From Escherichia phage slur14, in the sequence record NC_028448.1: a DNA stretch of 64,000 nt; one strand, 5' to 3'. Under the pieces are notes generated by a model. That model saw nothing but the letters and a program-made list of their open reading frames with translations. It made no database searches and was not told where the DNA came from. This document shows positions 10,277-19,020 of this stretch, one piece after another. The position numbers were made by a program, and so were the translations under genes. Position 1 is the first letter of the stretch. Each line of letters opens with the position of its first letter.

Positions 10277-10306
10277 ATAATATCTCAATCATGAGCCTGT
10301 GTAAAC
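10277..10306 (-). promoter_or_regulatory. T4-type early promoter
   Basis: Minus strand GTTTAC-18nt-TATTAT; overlaps inverted repeat aggctcat...atgagcct. Confidence 0.6.
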
Positions 10307-10570
10307 TTATTTCATATTATTGAAATATTCTTCTGCGATTTCATCGTTATCATGGTAAACTTTAGAAGACAGTTTAACATAACCTTCAGCAGTGAACATG
10401 TTAATCACAACCTTTACAGTATACCACTGACCATCTTCATTACCCATTACTGCGTAAGTTTCAAACATCGGATGATCAGGACCGATAACTTTAATATCAT
10501 TCACTGTACGACCAAAATCTTCTGAAACACATTTCATAAAGAAGTTGAACAGTTCGCCGTAATTATCCAT
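10307..10570 (-). CDS. hypothetical protein
   Basis: ORF-track start TTG; ATG at 10570 preceded by GGAGAA RBS; 87 aa. Confidence 0.5.
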   Translation of the reverse strand: MDNYGELFNFFMKCVSEDFGRTVNDIKVIGPDHPMFETYAVMGNEDGQWYTVKVVINMFTAEGYVKLSSKVYHDNDEIAEEYFNNMK

Positions 10571-10613
10571 TTCATTCTCCAAGTTGTTTTCTGTATCAGT
10601 AGTTGATAGTTGT

Positions 10614-10643
10614 ATAGTACCATGGAAGGGTAAGGATGTAAAC
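10614..10643 (-). promoter_or_regulatory. T4-type early promoter with A/T-rich upstream element
   Basis: Minus strand GGTTTAC-18nt-TGgTACTAT preceded by an AAAA/TTTT-rich stretch. Confidence 0.6.
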
Positions 10644-10774
10644 CGTTTTGTGAAAAAATTTTTAAAAAGTTTTGGGGAATTCTAGGGCAGGGAGGGGCAA
10701 TTAAAAGATAGGATAATATATTATAAAGGGTAGAAACTAAATGATGTCTAGAGAGGCCCGGAAAGGCCTAGATA

Positions 10775-10803
10775 CCAAAAAGCCCCAACCTTTTGGTCGG
10801 GGC
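10775..10803 (-). terminator. rho-independent terminator, copy A of a duplicated 31-bp element
   Basis: Minus strand GCCCCGACC-AAAA-GGTTGGGGC followed by TTTTTGG, directly 3' of the 10812..11285 gene. Confidence 0.75.
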
Positions 10804-10811
10804 TAAGAATG

Positions 10812-11285
10812 TTATTTGATTTGTTTAGCAGACCAAATGCGGTCTTTAATAATTTTTTGAATGTCTTCAACATACTCTAGGTCATGAGCATGTGGATTAT
10901 CTTTGAAACTATGAGCTCGCGCAAGTTTCTGGCCTTCGGTCTTAATTATCAAAAGTTCTTTAAGAATTGCTTCATACCTAGAGATAATTCCTTTAGCAAT
11001 ATTTTTTTCTTGTGCTGCTTTAGGGTCAGCCTTAGGAGCAGGTTTACCTGAAGCCTTTGCAAAAGCAGCTCCAGTAGCAACTAAACTTTTCCAAGCCATA
11101 CTAACTGCATTCCCTGTAAATCCTTCGGCTTTCATATCACGAGCAAATTGGAATCGTGATTCATCGGAAGCATCTTTATAGGAATATTTACCCGCGGCAA
11201 TGGCAGCTTTTGCGACAGCTTGAATTTCGGTGCTAGATGCTTCATTTAACACCGCTTCATTTAAAAATTGAGCATATGATTTCAT
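10812..11285 (-). CDS. internal-protein-like protein with capsid targeting sequence (cassette)
   Basis: 157 aa; MKSYAQFLNEAVLNEA... with two LNE|A motifs; own TATAAATA late promoter upstream and terminator downstream. Confidence 0.65.
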   Translation of the reverse strand: MKSYAQFLNEAVLNEASSTEIQAVAKAAIAAGKYSYKDASDESRFQFARDMKAEGFTGNAVSMAWKSLVATGAAFAKASGKPAPKADPKAAQEKNIAKGIISRYEAILKELLIIKTEGQKLARAHSFKDNPHAHDLEYVEDIQKIIKDRIWSAKQIK

Positions 11286-11325
11286 CTTATTTCCTGTTTT
11301 AATTCGTGGATTTAATATACTACTA

Positions 11326-11333
11326 TATTTATA
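11326..11333 (-). promoter_or_regulatory. late promoter TATAAATA for the internal-protein-like cassette
   Basis: Exact TATAAATA on minus strand about 40 nt upstream of ATG 11285. Confidence 0.6.
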
Positions 11334-11362
11334 CTAAAAAGCCCCAACCTTTCGGTCGGGGC
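11334..11362 (-). terminator. rho-independent terminator, copy B of the duplicated 31-bp element
   Basis: Minus strand GCCCCGACC-GAAA-GGTTGGGGC + TTTTTAG; 30/31 nt identical to copy A at 10775..10805. Confidence 0.75.
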
Positions 11363-11672
11363 TAAGCCTTGCGGCAACCTTGTCGGGGTTCCACCTGCTA
11401 AGGCAAGTGTTTGTACGAAACGCCGGGATTCGAACCCGGTTATTAAGCAGTTGACGCTACTCAATATTTTTAAAAGGCCATATCTCGACCATATCCGAAC
11501 GTTCCGTCAAAAACGCTACTCGGCTTACGGCAAAGATATTTCCTCGAATCGATAATTCGGTGCGCCGTTTCTGCTGTGATGTAAGAGGGCATCAATAAAC
11601 GCAAAGATTATTAACGCAATTCCTTACTCAGGGAACATCAGTCCGACGACTTACCGGTAGCGACCCGGTTTC
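11363..11672 (-). ncRNA. candidate small stable RNA region (position of T4 rnaC/rnaD)
   Basis: 310 nt with no ORF, between the 11673 stop and the terminator; minus strand has a tRNA-like T-arm CCGGG-TTCGAAT-CCCGG near 11421-11440. Confidence 0.4.
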
Positions 11673-12023
11673 TTAATATTCTTTTAAAGCATCAATCTGT
11701 TTACGGCGTTCACGCCATAAATCAATTGCTTCATACGCGGATTCAACATTTCGAATTGGACGGCATTTATATAAAGATTTGTGATTTTGATATTGCGTAG
11801 ATAACGGAATTTTATCTAAAAGGTCTTTACGTTCAAAGTATTCGTAACCATCTAAGCCAAATGAACGATTTTTGAGAAATTGCCAATGACCAAATTCGTT
11901 TTGAATATAAATATAATCCGCATGTTGATAAAGTAAATTAATTTCACGAAATGAGATATGTTTTTCATATTCATTGAAGTAAAATGTTAAATCATGAACT
12001 ACTAAATAAACATTACCTTTCAT
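11673..12023 (-). CDS. hypothetical protein
   Basis: 116-aa ORF with ATG start, 19 nt downstream of tRNA-Arg. Confidence 0.5.
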   Translation of the reverse strand: MKGNVYLVVHDLTFYFNEYEKHISFREINLLYQHADYIYIQNEFGHWQFLKNRSFGLDGYEYFERKDLLDKIPLSTQYQNHKSLYKCRPIRNVESAYEAIDLWRERRKQIDALKEY

Positions 12024-12041
12024 ATTTTCCTCACTTATAAT

Positions 12042-12117
12042 TGGTCGAGGCAGTAGGGATCGAACCTACGACCTAGGACTTAGAAGGTCCTTGCTCTTCC
12101 TTCTGAGCTATGCCCCG
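12042..12117 (-). tRNA. tRNA-Arg (anticodon UCU)
   Basis: Hand-folded cloverleaf; anticodon loop CUUCUAA; T-arm GTAGG-TTCGATC-CCTAC; CCA encoded. Confidence 0.85.
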
Positions 12118-12121
12118 TAAT

Positions 12122-12197
12122 TGGGGTGACCGATGGGAGTCGAACCCATGACTACGAGAATCACAATCTCGAGTTCTACCAACTGAACTACGGCCAC
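12122..12197 (-). tRNA. tRNA-His (anticodon GUG)
   Basis: Acceptor GTGGCCG/CGGTCAC, discriminator C73, anticodon loop UUGUGAU, T-loop TTCGACT, CCA encoded; no encoded G-1. Confidence 0.7.
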
Positions 12198-12311
12198 ATT
12201 AATACCTACTCCAACAATCAAGATGTCTTCACACGAAATTAAGAGAAGAGTGATCAGTTCAACCCCTATAATCGCGTCAAGTAGATATTAATGTGACAGT
12301 TGTCACAAATT

Positions 12312-12386
12312 TGGCGGACGTGATAGGATTCGAACCTATAACCAATCGCTTAACAGGCGATCGCTCTGCCATTGAGCTACACATCC
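12312..12386 (-). tRNA. tRNA-Asn (anticodon GUU)
   Basis: Anticodon stem-loop ATCGC-CUGUUAA-GCGAT; T-arm ATAGG-TTCGAAT-CCTAT; CCA encoded. Confidence 0.7.
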
Positions 12387-12390
12387 AAAT

Positions 12391-12477
12391 TGGTGGGGAG
12401 TGGTGGAGTCGAACCACCCGAGTCGCAATGACAATGAATTTACAGTCCACACCGCTACCTCTACGGGATAACTCCCC
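12391..12477 (-). tRNA. tRNA-Tyr (anticodon GUA), long variable arm
   Basis: 87 nt; anticodon loop CUGUAAA; 16-nt variable arm resembling bacterial tRNA-Tyr; anticodon stem has two G-U pairs. Confidence 0.55.
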
Positions 12478-12486
12478 AAATTAATT

Positions 12487-12561
12487 TGGTGGCCCTGGGT
12501 GGAATTGAACCACCATCTGGCGATTATGAGTCGCTTGCTTGAACCTTCCAGCTACAGGGCC
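12487..12561 (-). tRNA. tRNA with anticodon CAU (Ile2-type or Met)
   Basis: Acceptor GGCCCTG/CAGGGCC; anticodon loop CUCAUAA; T-arm GGTGG-TTCAATT-CCACC; one A-C mismatch in the anticodon stem. Confidence 0.65.
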
Positions 12562-12562
12562 T

Positions 12563-12638
12563 TGGTGCTGATTGACGGAATCGAACCGCCGACGTCCTCA
12601 TTACAAGTGAGGTGCTCTACCTACTGAGCTAAATCAGC
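12563..12638 (-). tRNA. tRNA-Thr (anticodon UGU)
   Basis: Anticodon stem-loop CCTCA-CUUGUAA-TGAGG; T-loop TTCGATT; CCA encoded. Confidence 0.8.
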
Positions 12639-12644
12639 AAAAAC

Positions 12645-12734
12645 TGGCGGAGGCGATAGGATTTGAACCTATGAGTCGCCGGAGCGACTGCCGGTTTTCA
12701 AGACCGGTGCATTAAACCACTCTGCCACGCCTCC
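12645..12734 (-). tRNA. tRNA-Ser (anticodon UGA), long variable arm
   Basis: 90 nt; anticodon stem-loop CCGGT-CUUGAAA-ACCGG; long variable arm; T-loop TTCAAAT; CCA encoded. Confidence 0.8.
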
Positions 12735-12736
12735 AG

Positions 12737-12810
12737 TCTCCATACAAGGATTTGAACCTTGGACCTCCTGATCCCAAATCAGGCGCTCTACCAAACTGAG
12801 CTACACGGAG
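12737..12810 (-). tRNA. tRNA-Pro (anticodon UGG), 3' CCA not encoded
   Basis: Anticodon stem-loop CCTGA-UUUGGGA-TCAGG; T-loop TTCAAAT; 2-nt spacer to tRNA-Ser, so CCA must be added after processing. Confidence 0.8.
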
Positions 12811-12820
12811 TAAATTAAAT

Positions 12821-12894
<74 letters not shown>

Positions 12895-12899
12895 AAATT

Positions 12900-12986
12900 T
12901 GGTGCGAGAAGTGGGACTCGAACCCACAAGGAAATCATTCCGCAGCATTTTAAGTGCTGTGCCTTTACCAATTTGACCATTCTCGC
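12900..12986 (-). tRNA. tRNA-Leu (anticodon UAA), long variable arm
   Basis: 87 nt; anticodon stem-loop CAGCA-CUUAAAA-TGCTG; long variable arm; T-arm GTGGG-TTCGAGT-CCCAC; CCA encoded. Confidence 0.8.
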
Positions 12987-12992
12987 TCTATA

Positions 12993-13601
12993 TTATTTAT
13001 TACGTGAAAAAGATTGTTCTATCAATTCTGGACACTTTCGTTCTATCCATTTTCTAGCTTTTTGTGGGCTTATACCTATTATTTTAGCAGCTTTACTAAC
13101 CCATCCAAATTTAGAATAATCGATTTTAACTAATTCTTCGTAAATTTCATCAGTTAAAATCTTTTCATTAATATTTACCAGTAAATGATATAATTTATTA
13201 TCATTAGCAATTTTAATGAATCTTTTATAGTTTCCGCCTTTACTTAAACCTAATGAAGTAATTGCAGATGATATAGTAGCCGAATTTAATAATGCGTTTA
13301 AAATTTCTTCATCACTAACATTATAACGCTTTTTATTATTTTTAATATTTTTACCAGCAAAAGTATCAGTTTGCGAATGGCAATTTGGACATAATAATCT
13401 TAAATTTGATTTAAGATGATTTTTATTATTTCCATCAATATGGTCTAATTGCAGAACAATATGCTTATTTTGCCATTTTGAAATTTTACAAATTGCACAC
13501 TCATATGGAAAAATATTTTCTTTTATTATTTTGTCTTTCAGCTTTCCTGTACTAAAATTTGGATGTTTTCCTTCAAAAATTTCAGCTAATTTAGTATCCA
13601 T
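12993..13601 (-). CDS. free-standing HNH homing endonuclease with C-terminal helix-turn-helix
   Basis: ATG at 13601 (ORF-track TTG at 13625); HNH zinc core CAICK...LDHIDGNNKNH...LLCPNCH; C-terminal HTH-like KAAKIIGISPQKARKWIERK; stop 7 nt from tRNA-Leu 5' end. Confidence 0.8.
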   Translation of the reverse strand: MDTKLAEIFEGKHPNFSTGKLKDKIIKENIFPYECAICKISKWQNKHIVLQLDHIDGNNKNHLKSNLRLLCPNCHSQTDTFAGKNIKNNKKRYNVSDEEILNALLNSATISSAITSLGLSKGGNYKRFIKIANDNKLYHLLVNINEKILTDEIYEELVKIDYSKFGWVSKAAKIIGISPQKARKWIERKCPELIEQSFSRNK

Positions 13602-13711
13602 AATATAATTCCCAATTATTAACAAAGGCTCTCAAACAAGAACCCTTGATGATAGAGGGTATTAATCAGTGCGGTATGAGTTAATAATAACAAATAATTC
13701 TTAAAGCATAT

Positions 13712-13999
13712 TTACCATTTATGATAATACATATTTACGATGCATTCAAGACCCAAAGGATTCTTGAAAATATCATATTCAAGAGGACCTTTTTCTGTTT
13801 CAATAAAGAAATCAAAATTTACTGTATTAAATTTACGGTCTTCCTTCACTAATTTAACTTGAGAAGATGAACGGTCAACATAAACCTTTTCAACTTCAAA
13901 ACATGTTAAAATGCCATAATCATCAATCAAGGCTTTAACTGCTTCTTGATCATATTTATATCCATTTTCAATGGATGATACTTTAGCATAAAGAATCAT
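13712..13999 (-). CDS. hypothetical protein
   Basis: 95 aa from ATG 13999 (ORF-track TTG at 14005). Confidence 0.45.
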   Translation of the reverse strand: MILYAKVSSIENGYKYDQEAVKALIDDYGILTCFEVEKVYVDRSSSQVKLVKEDRKFNTVNFDFFIETEKGPLEYDIFKNPLGLECIVNMYYHKW

Positions 14000-14001
14000 T
14001 A

Positions 14002-14385
14002 TCAACCTTCATCAACAATAGTATGAGTATGGGCATTTACAATTTGCCACCAATCAAAGCGATTAGAACCATACATCGGTTTGTTTTCATTTTCTTTGAT
14101 AATATCACGAAGTTCATCTTCAGTAGCGGCTTTCGCGATTAAATCAGCATATCCACCACGAGGATAATAATTATCACCTGCAAAAAGTAAAAAGTTTGGT
14201 TTAATGTTATTGAACTCTTCAAGAGTAATAACTGTTCCTGATGGTAGTTGAACAATCTCTACATATTTATATCCTAATTTTTGAGCAGCATCTACTGCTT
14301 CAAGCAAAGTATCATGAGCCCATCCAATTTGACAACCTGGCTTTTCAGATGGATTAGCCTGATAATCCGCGTACACTTTATACAT
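14002..14385 (-). CDS. hypothetical protein
   Basis: 127 aa from ATG 14385 with AAAGGTGA RBS (ORF-track TTG start at 14424). Confidence 0.5.
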   Translation of the reverse strand: MYKVYADYQANPSEKPGCQIGWAHDTLLEAVDAAQKLGYKYVEIVQLPSGTVITLEEFNNIKPNFLLFAGDNYYPRGGYADLIAKAATEDELRDIIKENENKPMYGSNRFDWWQIVNAHTHTIVDEG

Positions 14386-14386
14386 T

Positions 14387-14572
14387 CTATTCACCTTTAG
14401 AAATTTTATCCATAACGACAGCAATTAAACCAATTAAAAATGCTACTACAAGTGAAAACACATTTTCTGCTGTAGTTAATAATCCACATATAAATCCAAC
14501 AAACATTGAAAAACTAAAAGCAGAAGCAGAAATTGCAATAGCAACATTTCGAATTAATTCACAGCGTTTCAT
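14387..14572 (-). CDS. small predicted membrane protein
   Basis: 61 aa, two hydrophobic helices; ATG start; early promoter 30 nt upstream. Confidence 0.45.
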   Translation of the reverse strand: MKRCELIRNVAIAISASAFSFSMFVGFICGLLTTAENVFSLVVAFLIGLIAVVMDKISKGE

Positions 14573-14600
14573 TTTATTCTCCTCAGTAGTTGATAGGGTA

Positions 14601-14630
14601 ATAGTATCACAACTAAAACCCTATGTAAAC
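14601..14630 (-). promoter_or_regulatory. T4-type early promoter
   Basis: Minus strand GTTTAC-18nt-TGaTACTAT between the ipI stop and the 14572 start. Confidence 0.65.
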
Positions 14631-14648
14631 AACTTTGTGAAATATTTA

Positions 14649-14936
14649 TTACAAAAGATTTTTAGCAATAATCTTGAGATGTGCCGCAGAAATGTGTTTA
14701 GCTTTAAACAACGCAGTTTCTTCAGCAGGAGAGATAACGATTGTAGCACCATCCTTTTTAGCAGACCACCCATCACCTAGGTAAACAGTACCTTTGATTT
14801 CTTCGCCATCAACCAAACTAATCATTGGTTTACCTTCTCGTCCTTTATTTGCTTTAATAACTTCAGAAGTAAGAGTAGCTTCAGTAATAGTAGAAACCGG
14901 GGTAGTTGTAGAAGTAAATTCTTTGAAAGTTTTCAT
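14649..14936 (-). CDS. ipI: internal protein I (capsid-packaged, injected)
   Basis: 95 aa; MKTFKEFTSTTTPVSTITE|ATLTSEVIKANKGREGKPMISLVDG... matches T4 IPI as recalled. Confidence 0.85.
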   Translation of the reverse strand: MKTFKEFTSTTTPVSTITEATLTSEVIKANKGREGKPMISLVDGEEIKGTVYLGDGWSAKKDGATIVISPAEETALFKAKHISAAHLKIIAKNLL

Positions 14937-14966
14937 TTTATTTTCCTAATTAATTTTGATGAGATA

Positions 14967-14996
14967 ATAGTATCACTACCTCATCAACGTGTAAAC
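14967..14996 (-). promoter_or_regulatory. T4-type early promoter for ipI
   Basis: Minus strand GTTTAC-18nt-TGaTACTAT, 30 nt upstream of the ipI ATG; near-duplicate of the promoter at 14601..14630. Confidence 0.65.
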
Positions 14997-15008
14997 AACT
15001 TTGTGAAA

Positions 15009-15705
<697 letters not shown>

Positions 15706-15706
<1 letters not shown>

Positions 15707-16419
15707 TATAGTACCTTTAGTGTATTTTTAATTTTAGAAAAAAGTTCTTCAAGAGAACCATCGTTTGTAATTACTAAATCGCCATCACGAATTGGCAATC
15801 CAGCTTCTGTAATATGAGTATCATTGGATTTTTGACCAGGACGAACTACATGAATTACTGTAGCACCCATCGCCCTAGCCGCATCCATTTCATGATCTTG
15901 ACGAGTATCAGGAACGATATAATAATCATAACCTGAGTTAAATTTATCAAGATAATCTAAAGCAAATAATTTTACCCAATACATGCGGTCGAAGTTATTA
16001 ACAATCAAATCCGTACCTAGGGCTTGCATCAGACGACGGACTGACCATTGATCTTCAATATTATTTATAACGTCAGCAATCTTGTTAAATGCTACGAAAT
16101 TAACTGCGTCATCAAAAACAAACACACCTTTAATTGGGCTTTTACTATTAAGATAGCAAAATGCTTGTTCCATAATCGTAATTACTTCTAATTTAGTCAG
16201 ATTTAAATTAGTTTCACGATCATAGTCAATTCCTTCAAACTCTTTACGAGTTAAGCAAGGATAGTCAGTGTTTGCTGCAAATACTCCCCATGCATAAGCC
16301 AATGCATCCTTAATAGGACCAGCAAGTTGGTATTTAACTGCAGAATAATTGCTCATGATAAAATCAGCAGTAGTATCTTTTCCACTACGCTTTACACCGC
16401 TTAAAAAGATTAGTTTCAT
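15706..16419 (-). CDS. 1: deoxynucleoside monophosphate kinase
   Basis: ATG at 16419 with AGGAGA RBS (ORF-track start 16458 is upstream); MKLIFLSGVKRSGKDTTADFI... P-loop; matches T4 gp1. Confidence 0.9.
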
Positions 16420-16468
16420 GTGTTTCTCCTCAAATTTAATTAAGATTATAACACACAAAACTGAAGCA

Positions 16469-16999
16469 TTAAACTTCTGCTATAATTTTTCCATCTTTTT
16501 CTACTTGAAAATATGTGTAAGGAATCGTAGCTGTACATACTAAAGCCGGGTCTGAATCTTCTGTGTAGCTAAATTCTACTTCAGATAGGTCAGAAACCCA
16601 AGGCTTATAAAAATTTATTGACATCACGATTTCAGTTTTGCTATTATCTAAGATGTAAAGCGTAATGTATTCAGGACCTGTTTTTTGAGCAGTATTTTCA
16701 CCTGTAAGATAGTTGCTAGTTCCTAGCATCCATTCATACATTCCTATCCACGACTTAAGTTCTTCATCAACTATAAATCTCACAATGAGTGGATCATACT
16801 CAAATGTAACACCTGGACGCTGTGCTCGGCCCAGTCCAAACGGCCCAGTCACGGTATCAGTAACAGGTATTCTAATTCCTGGAATAGGAACTGACTGAGC
16901 ATTTAAAGTAAAAGCAGATGTAGTATTACTATGTGGTATTGATACTACAAAGTTAGTTGTATTTGCTTGGTTAAAAATTTGTTGCAGAGCTTGCGACAT
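16469..16999 (-). CDS. 3: gp3 tail completion / sheath stabiliser
   Basis: 176 aa from ATG 16999 (MSQALQQIFNQ...), length matches T4 gp3; collinear order 1-3-2-4. Confidence 0.8.
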   Translation of the reverse strand: MSQALQQIFNQANTTNFVVSIPHSNTTSAFTLNAQSVPIPGIRIPVTDTVTGPFGLGRAQRPGVTFEYDPLIVRFIVDEELKSWIGMYEWMLGTSNYLTGENTAQKTGPEYITLYILDNSKTEIVMSINFYKPWVSDLSEVEFSYTEDSDPALVCTATIPYTYFQVEKDGKIIAEV

Positions 17000-17105
17000 A
17001 TATTCCTCATAATGCTTTATAACTGTTGGTGGTATAATGGGTCTAAGTCCCTTCCATTCAATTCCATTTAGAACAAACAACAGAAAAGAATGGAAGATAA
17101 TAGAA

Positions 17106-17930
17106 TTAGATATTTGACCAGACTTTGTTTGCAGAGAAACGTTTTCCTTTTGAAACGAACTGCTGAAGTGGCATCAACACAACGTTCGCCCAGTCTTTCG
17201 GGGCGATTTCAACAAGGCTACCCATAATATTACCAGGTATATATGCCTTAATCATTTGGTCTGCACCCCTAAATCCTTTCACTTGACTCCAATCAATTTT
17301 TAATTTCGTTTTATTAGTAATAGTAGGTGTATTTGCATATTGCTTTAAAAGCTCTTCTAGGAATTGCTGACGAGCTTTAGGTGGAATATAGTGCAAGTTC
17401 AATCCGTACATTAAATTATGCTTACCTAAACCAAGGTAAATTATCAAAGGAAATTTATCCCAGTAAGGAAGAGTTTCCTTGTGTTTAGCATCATAAGCAA
17501 AAGCATATATTCGTCCCGGCTGCGGGCGAACAACTTTATGTCCTTTTACTTGCTTAATAGTTTCAGCAAACCACTTTCTGGTTTTATTATTAATTGCTGC
17601 GCCTTCATTACGAATTTTATCACGCAATGTTTGCCTGAATGAATTTATCATAAGCAGTTGTCTTTCTTGCTTATTGAGTTTATTCATTGGTTTTGATTCA
17701 AGCTTTTGAATCTTTTCAGCTGTTTTAATTCCTGAAGCATATTTTGACATTGCCGAAGTAAACGTAGAGTATTTGATTCCTCTTTCTTCAGCAAATTGCT
17801 TTCCTGTCATTCCTTTTGCTTTGGCCTTTTTATATTCAAGACCTATCTGAATCCATTTCTTTTCGTTTAATGATTGCTTAACCTTTGGAACTTGGGGAGT
17901 GCTTTCATTAATTATTTGAAAAATAGCCAT
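17106..17930 (-). CDS. 2: gp2 DNA end protector
   Basis: 274 aa, basic; length and position match T4 gp2. Confidence 0.8.
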
Positions 17931-18382
17931 TATGCCCCCTTAAAGCCAAGAGCTCGTAATCCATCTTCTGTTAGAATTCTAAATTTTATTCCACGCTTTT
18001 CAGCTAAAGCTTGCGCTGCTTTCCATTTGTCGGTATTAACGGAATATGTATAAATTTCATTCATAAATCTTTTCTTCGCTGCGGTTGTTAGATGTGCTGG
18101 TTTAACTGGTGGTTGTGTTTCTTTTTTAGGTTTTATTTCAATAAAAAATTCTTGTCCAGAAGAATCTTTCATCCAAATATCCATGAAGTATCTACGTTTT
18201 TTCCCTTCTGCATTACAAAAATAAGGAATTACTGCTGTTTCACTACCCCATGCAATAATTTCTGGATTTTTATCTAACCATTCAAAAAAGAATTTTTCCC
18301 AATTTGATCTATACGTAATTTTTTTAGGGTCACCTCTATATTTTGATATATTTTTAGGAACCCATTTTCCAGAATATGCCAT
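17930..18382 (-). CDS. 4: gp4 head completion protein
   Basis: 150 aa; length and position match T4 gp4; 1-nt overlap with gene 2. Confidence 0.8.
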
Positions 18383-18393
18383 TGGATTCTCCT

Positions 18394-18401
18394 TATAAAT
18401 A
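18394..18401 (+). promoter_or_regulatory. late promoter TATAAATA for gene 53
   Basis: Exact TATAAATA 29 nt upstream of ATG 18430. Confidence 0.65.
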
Positions 18402-18408
18402 GATAATA

Positions 18409-18416
18409 TATTTATA
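18409..18416 (-). promoter_or_regulatory. late promoter TATAAATA for gene 4 (divergent from the gene 53 promoter)
   Basis: Exact TATAAATA on minus strand 27 nt upstream of ATG 18382. Confidence 0.6.
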
Positions 18417-18429
18417 AACAGGAGGGCCC

Positions 18430-19020
18430 ATGCTCTTTACATTTTTTGATCCGATTGAATATGCGGCCAAAACGGTGAATAAAAACGCGCCGACTATTCC
18501 TATGACAGATATTTTTAGAAACTATAAAGACTATTTTAAACGCGCTCTTGCGGGATACCGCTTACGTACTTATTATATTAAAGGTTCACCACGCCCGGAA
18601 GAATTAGCAAATACTATATATGGAAATCCGCAGTTGTATTGGGTTTTATTGATGTGTAATGATAATTATGATCCGTATTATGGATGGATTACTTCGCAAG
18701 AAGCTGCTTATCAAGCATCTATACAAAAATACAAAAATGTAGGTGGAGACCAAATAGTATATCATGTGAATGAGAATGGTGAAAAATTTTATAATTTAAT
18801 ATCATACGATGATAATCCATATGTTTGGTATGACAAAGGTGATAAAGCTAGAAAATATCCTCAATATGAAGGAGCACTTGCTGCGGTCGATACGTATGAA
18901 GCTGCTGTTCTTGAAAATGAAAAACTTCGTCAAATAAAAATAATAGCAAAATCAGACATTAATTCATTTATGAACGACCTTATACGTATAATGGAGAAAT
19001 CTTATGGAAATGATAAGTAA
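18430..19020 (+). CDS. 53: gp53 baseplate wedge protein
   Basis: 196 aa; length and position match T4 gp53; GGAGGG RBS. Confidence 0.85.
   Translation: MLFTFFDPIEYAAKTVNKNAPTIPMTDIFRNYKDYFKRALAGYRLRTYYIKGSPRPEELANTIYGNPQLYWVLLMCNDNYDPYYGWITSQEAAYQASIQKYKNVGGDQIVYHVNENGEKFYNLISYDDNPYVWYDKGDKARKYPQYEGALAAVDTYEAAVLENEKLRQIKIIAKSDINSFMNDLIRIMEKSYGNDK

Noticed and set aside
11421-11440. tRNA-like T-arm CCGGG-TTCGAAT-CCCGG considered as an eleventh tRNA
   Set aside because: No matching acceptor stem, D-arm or anticodon arm could be folded around it; kept only as part of the candidate stable-RNA region
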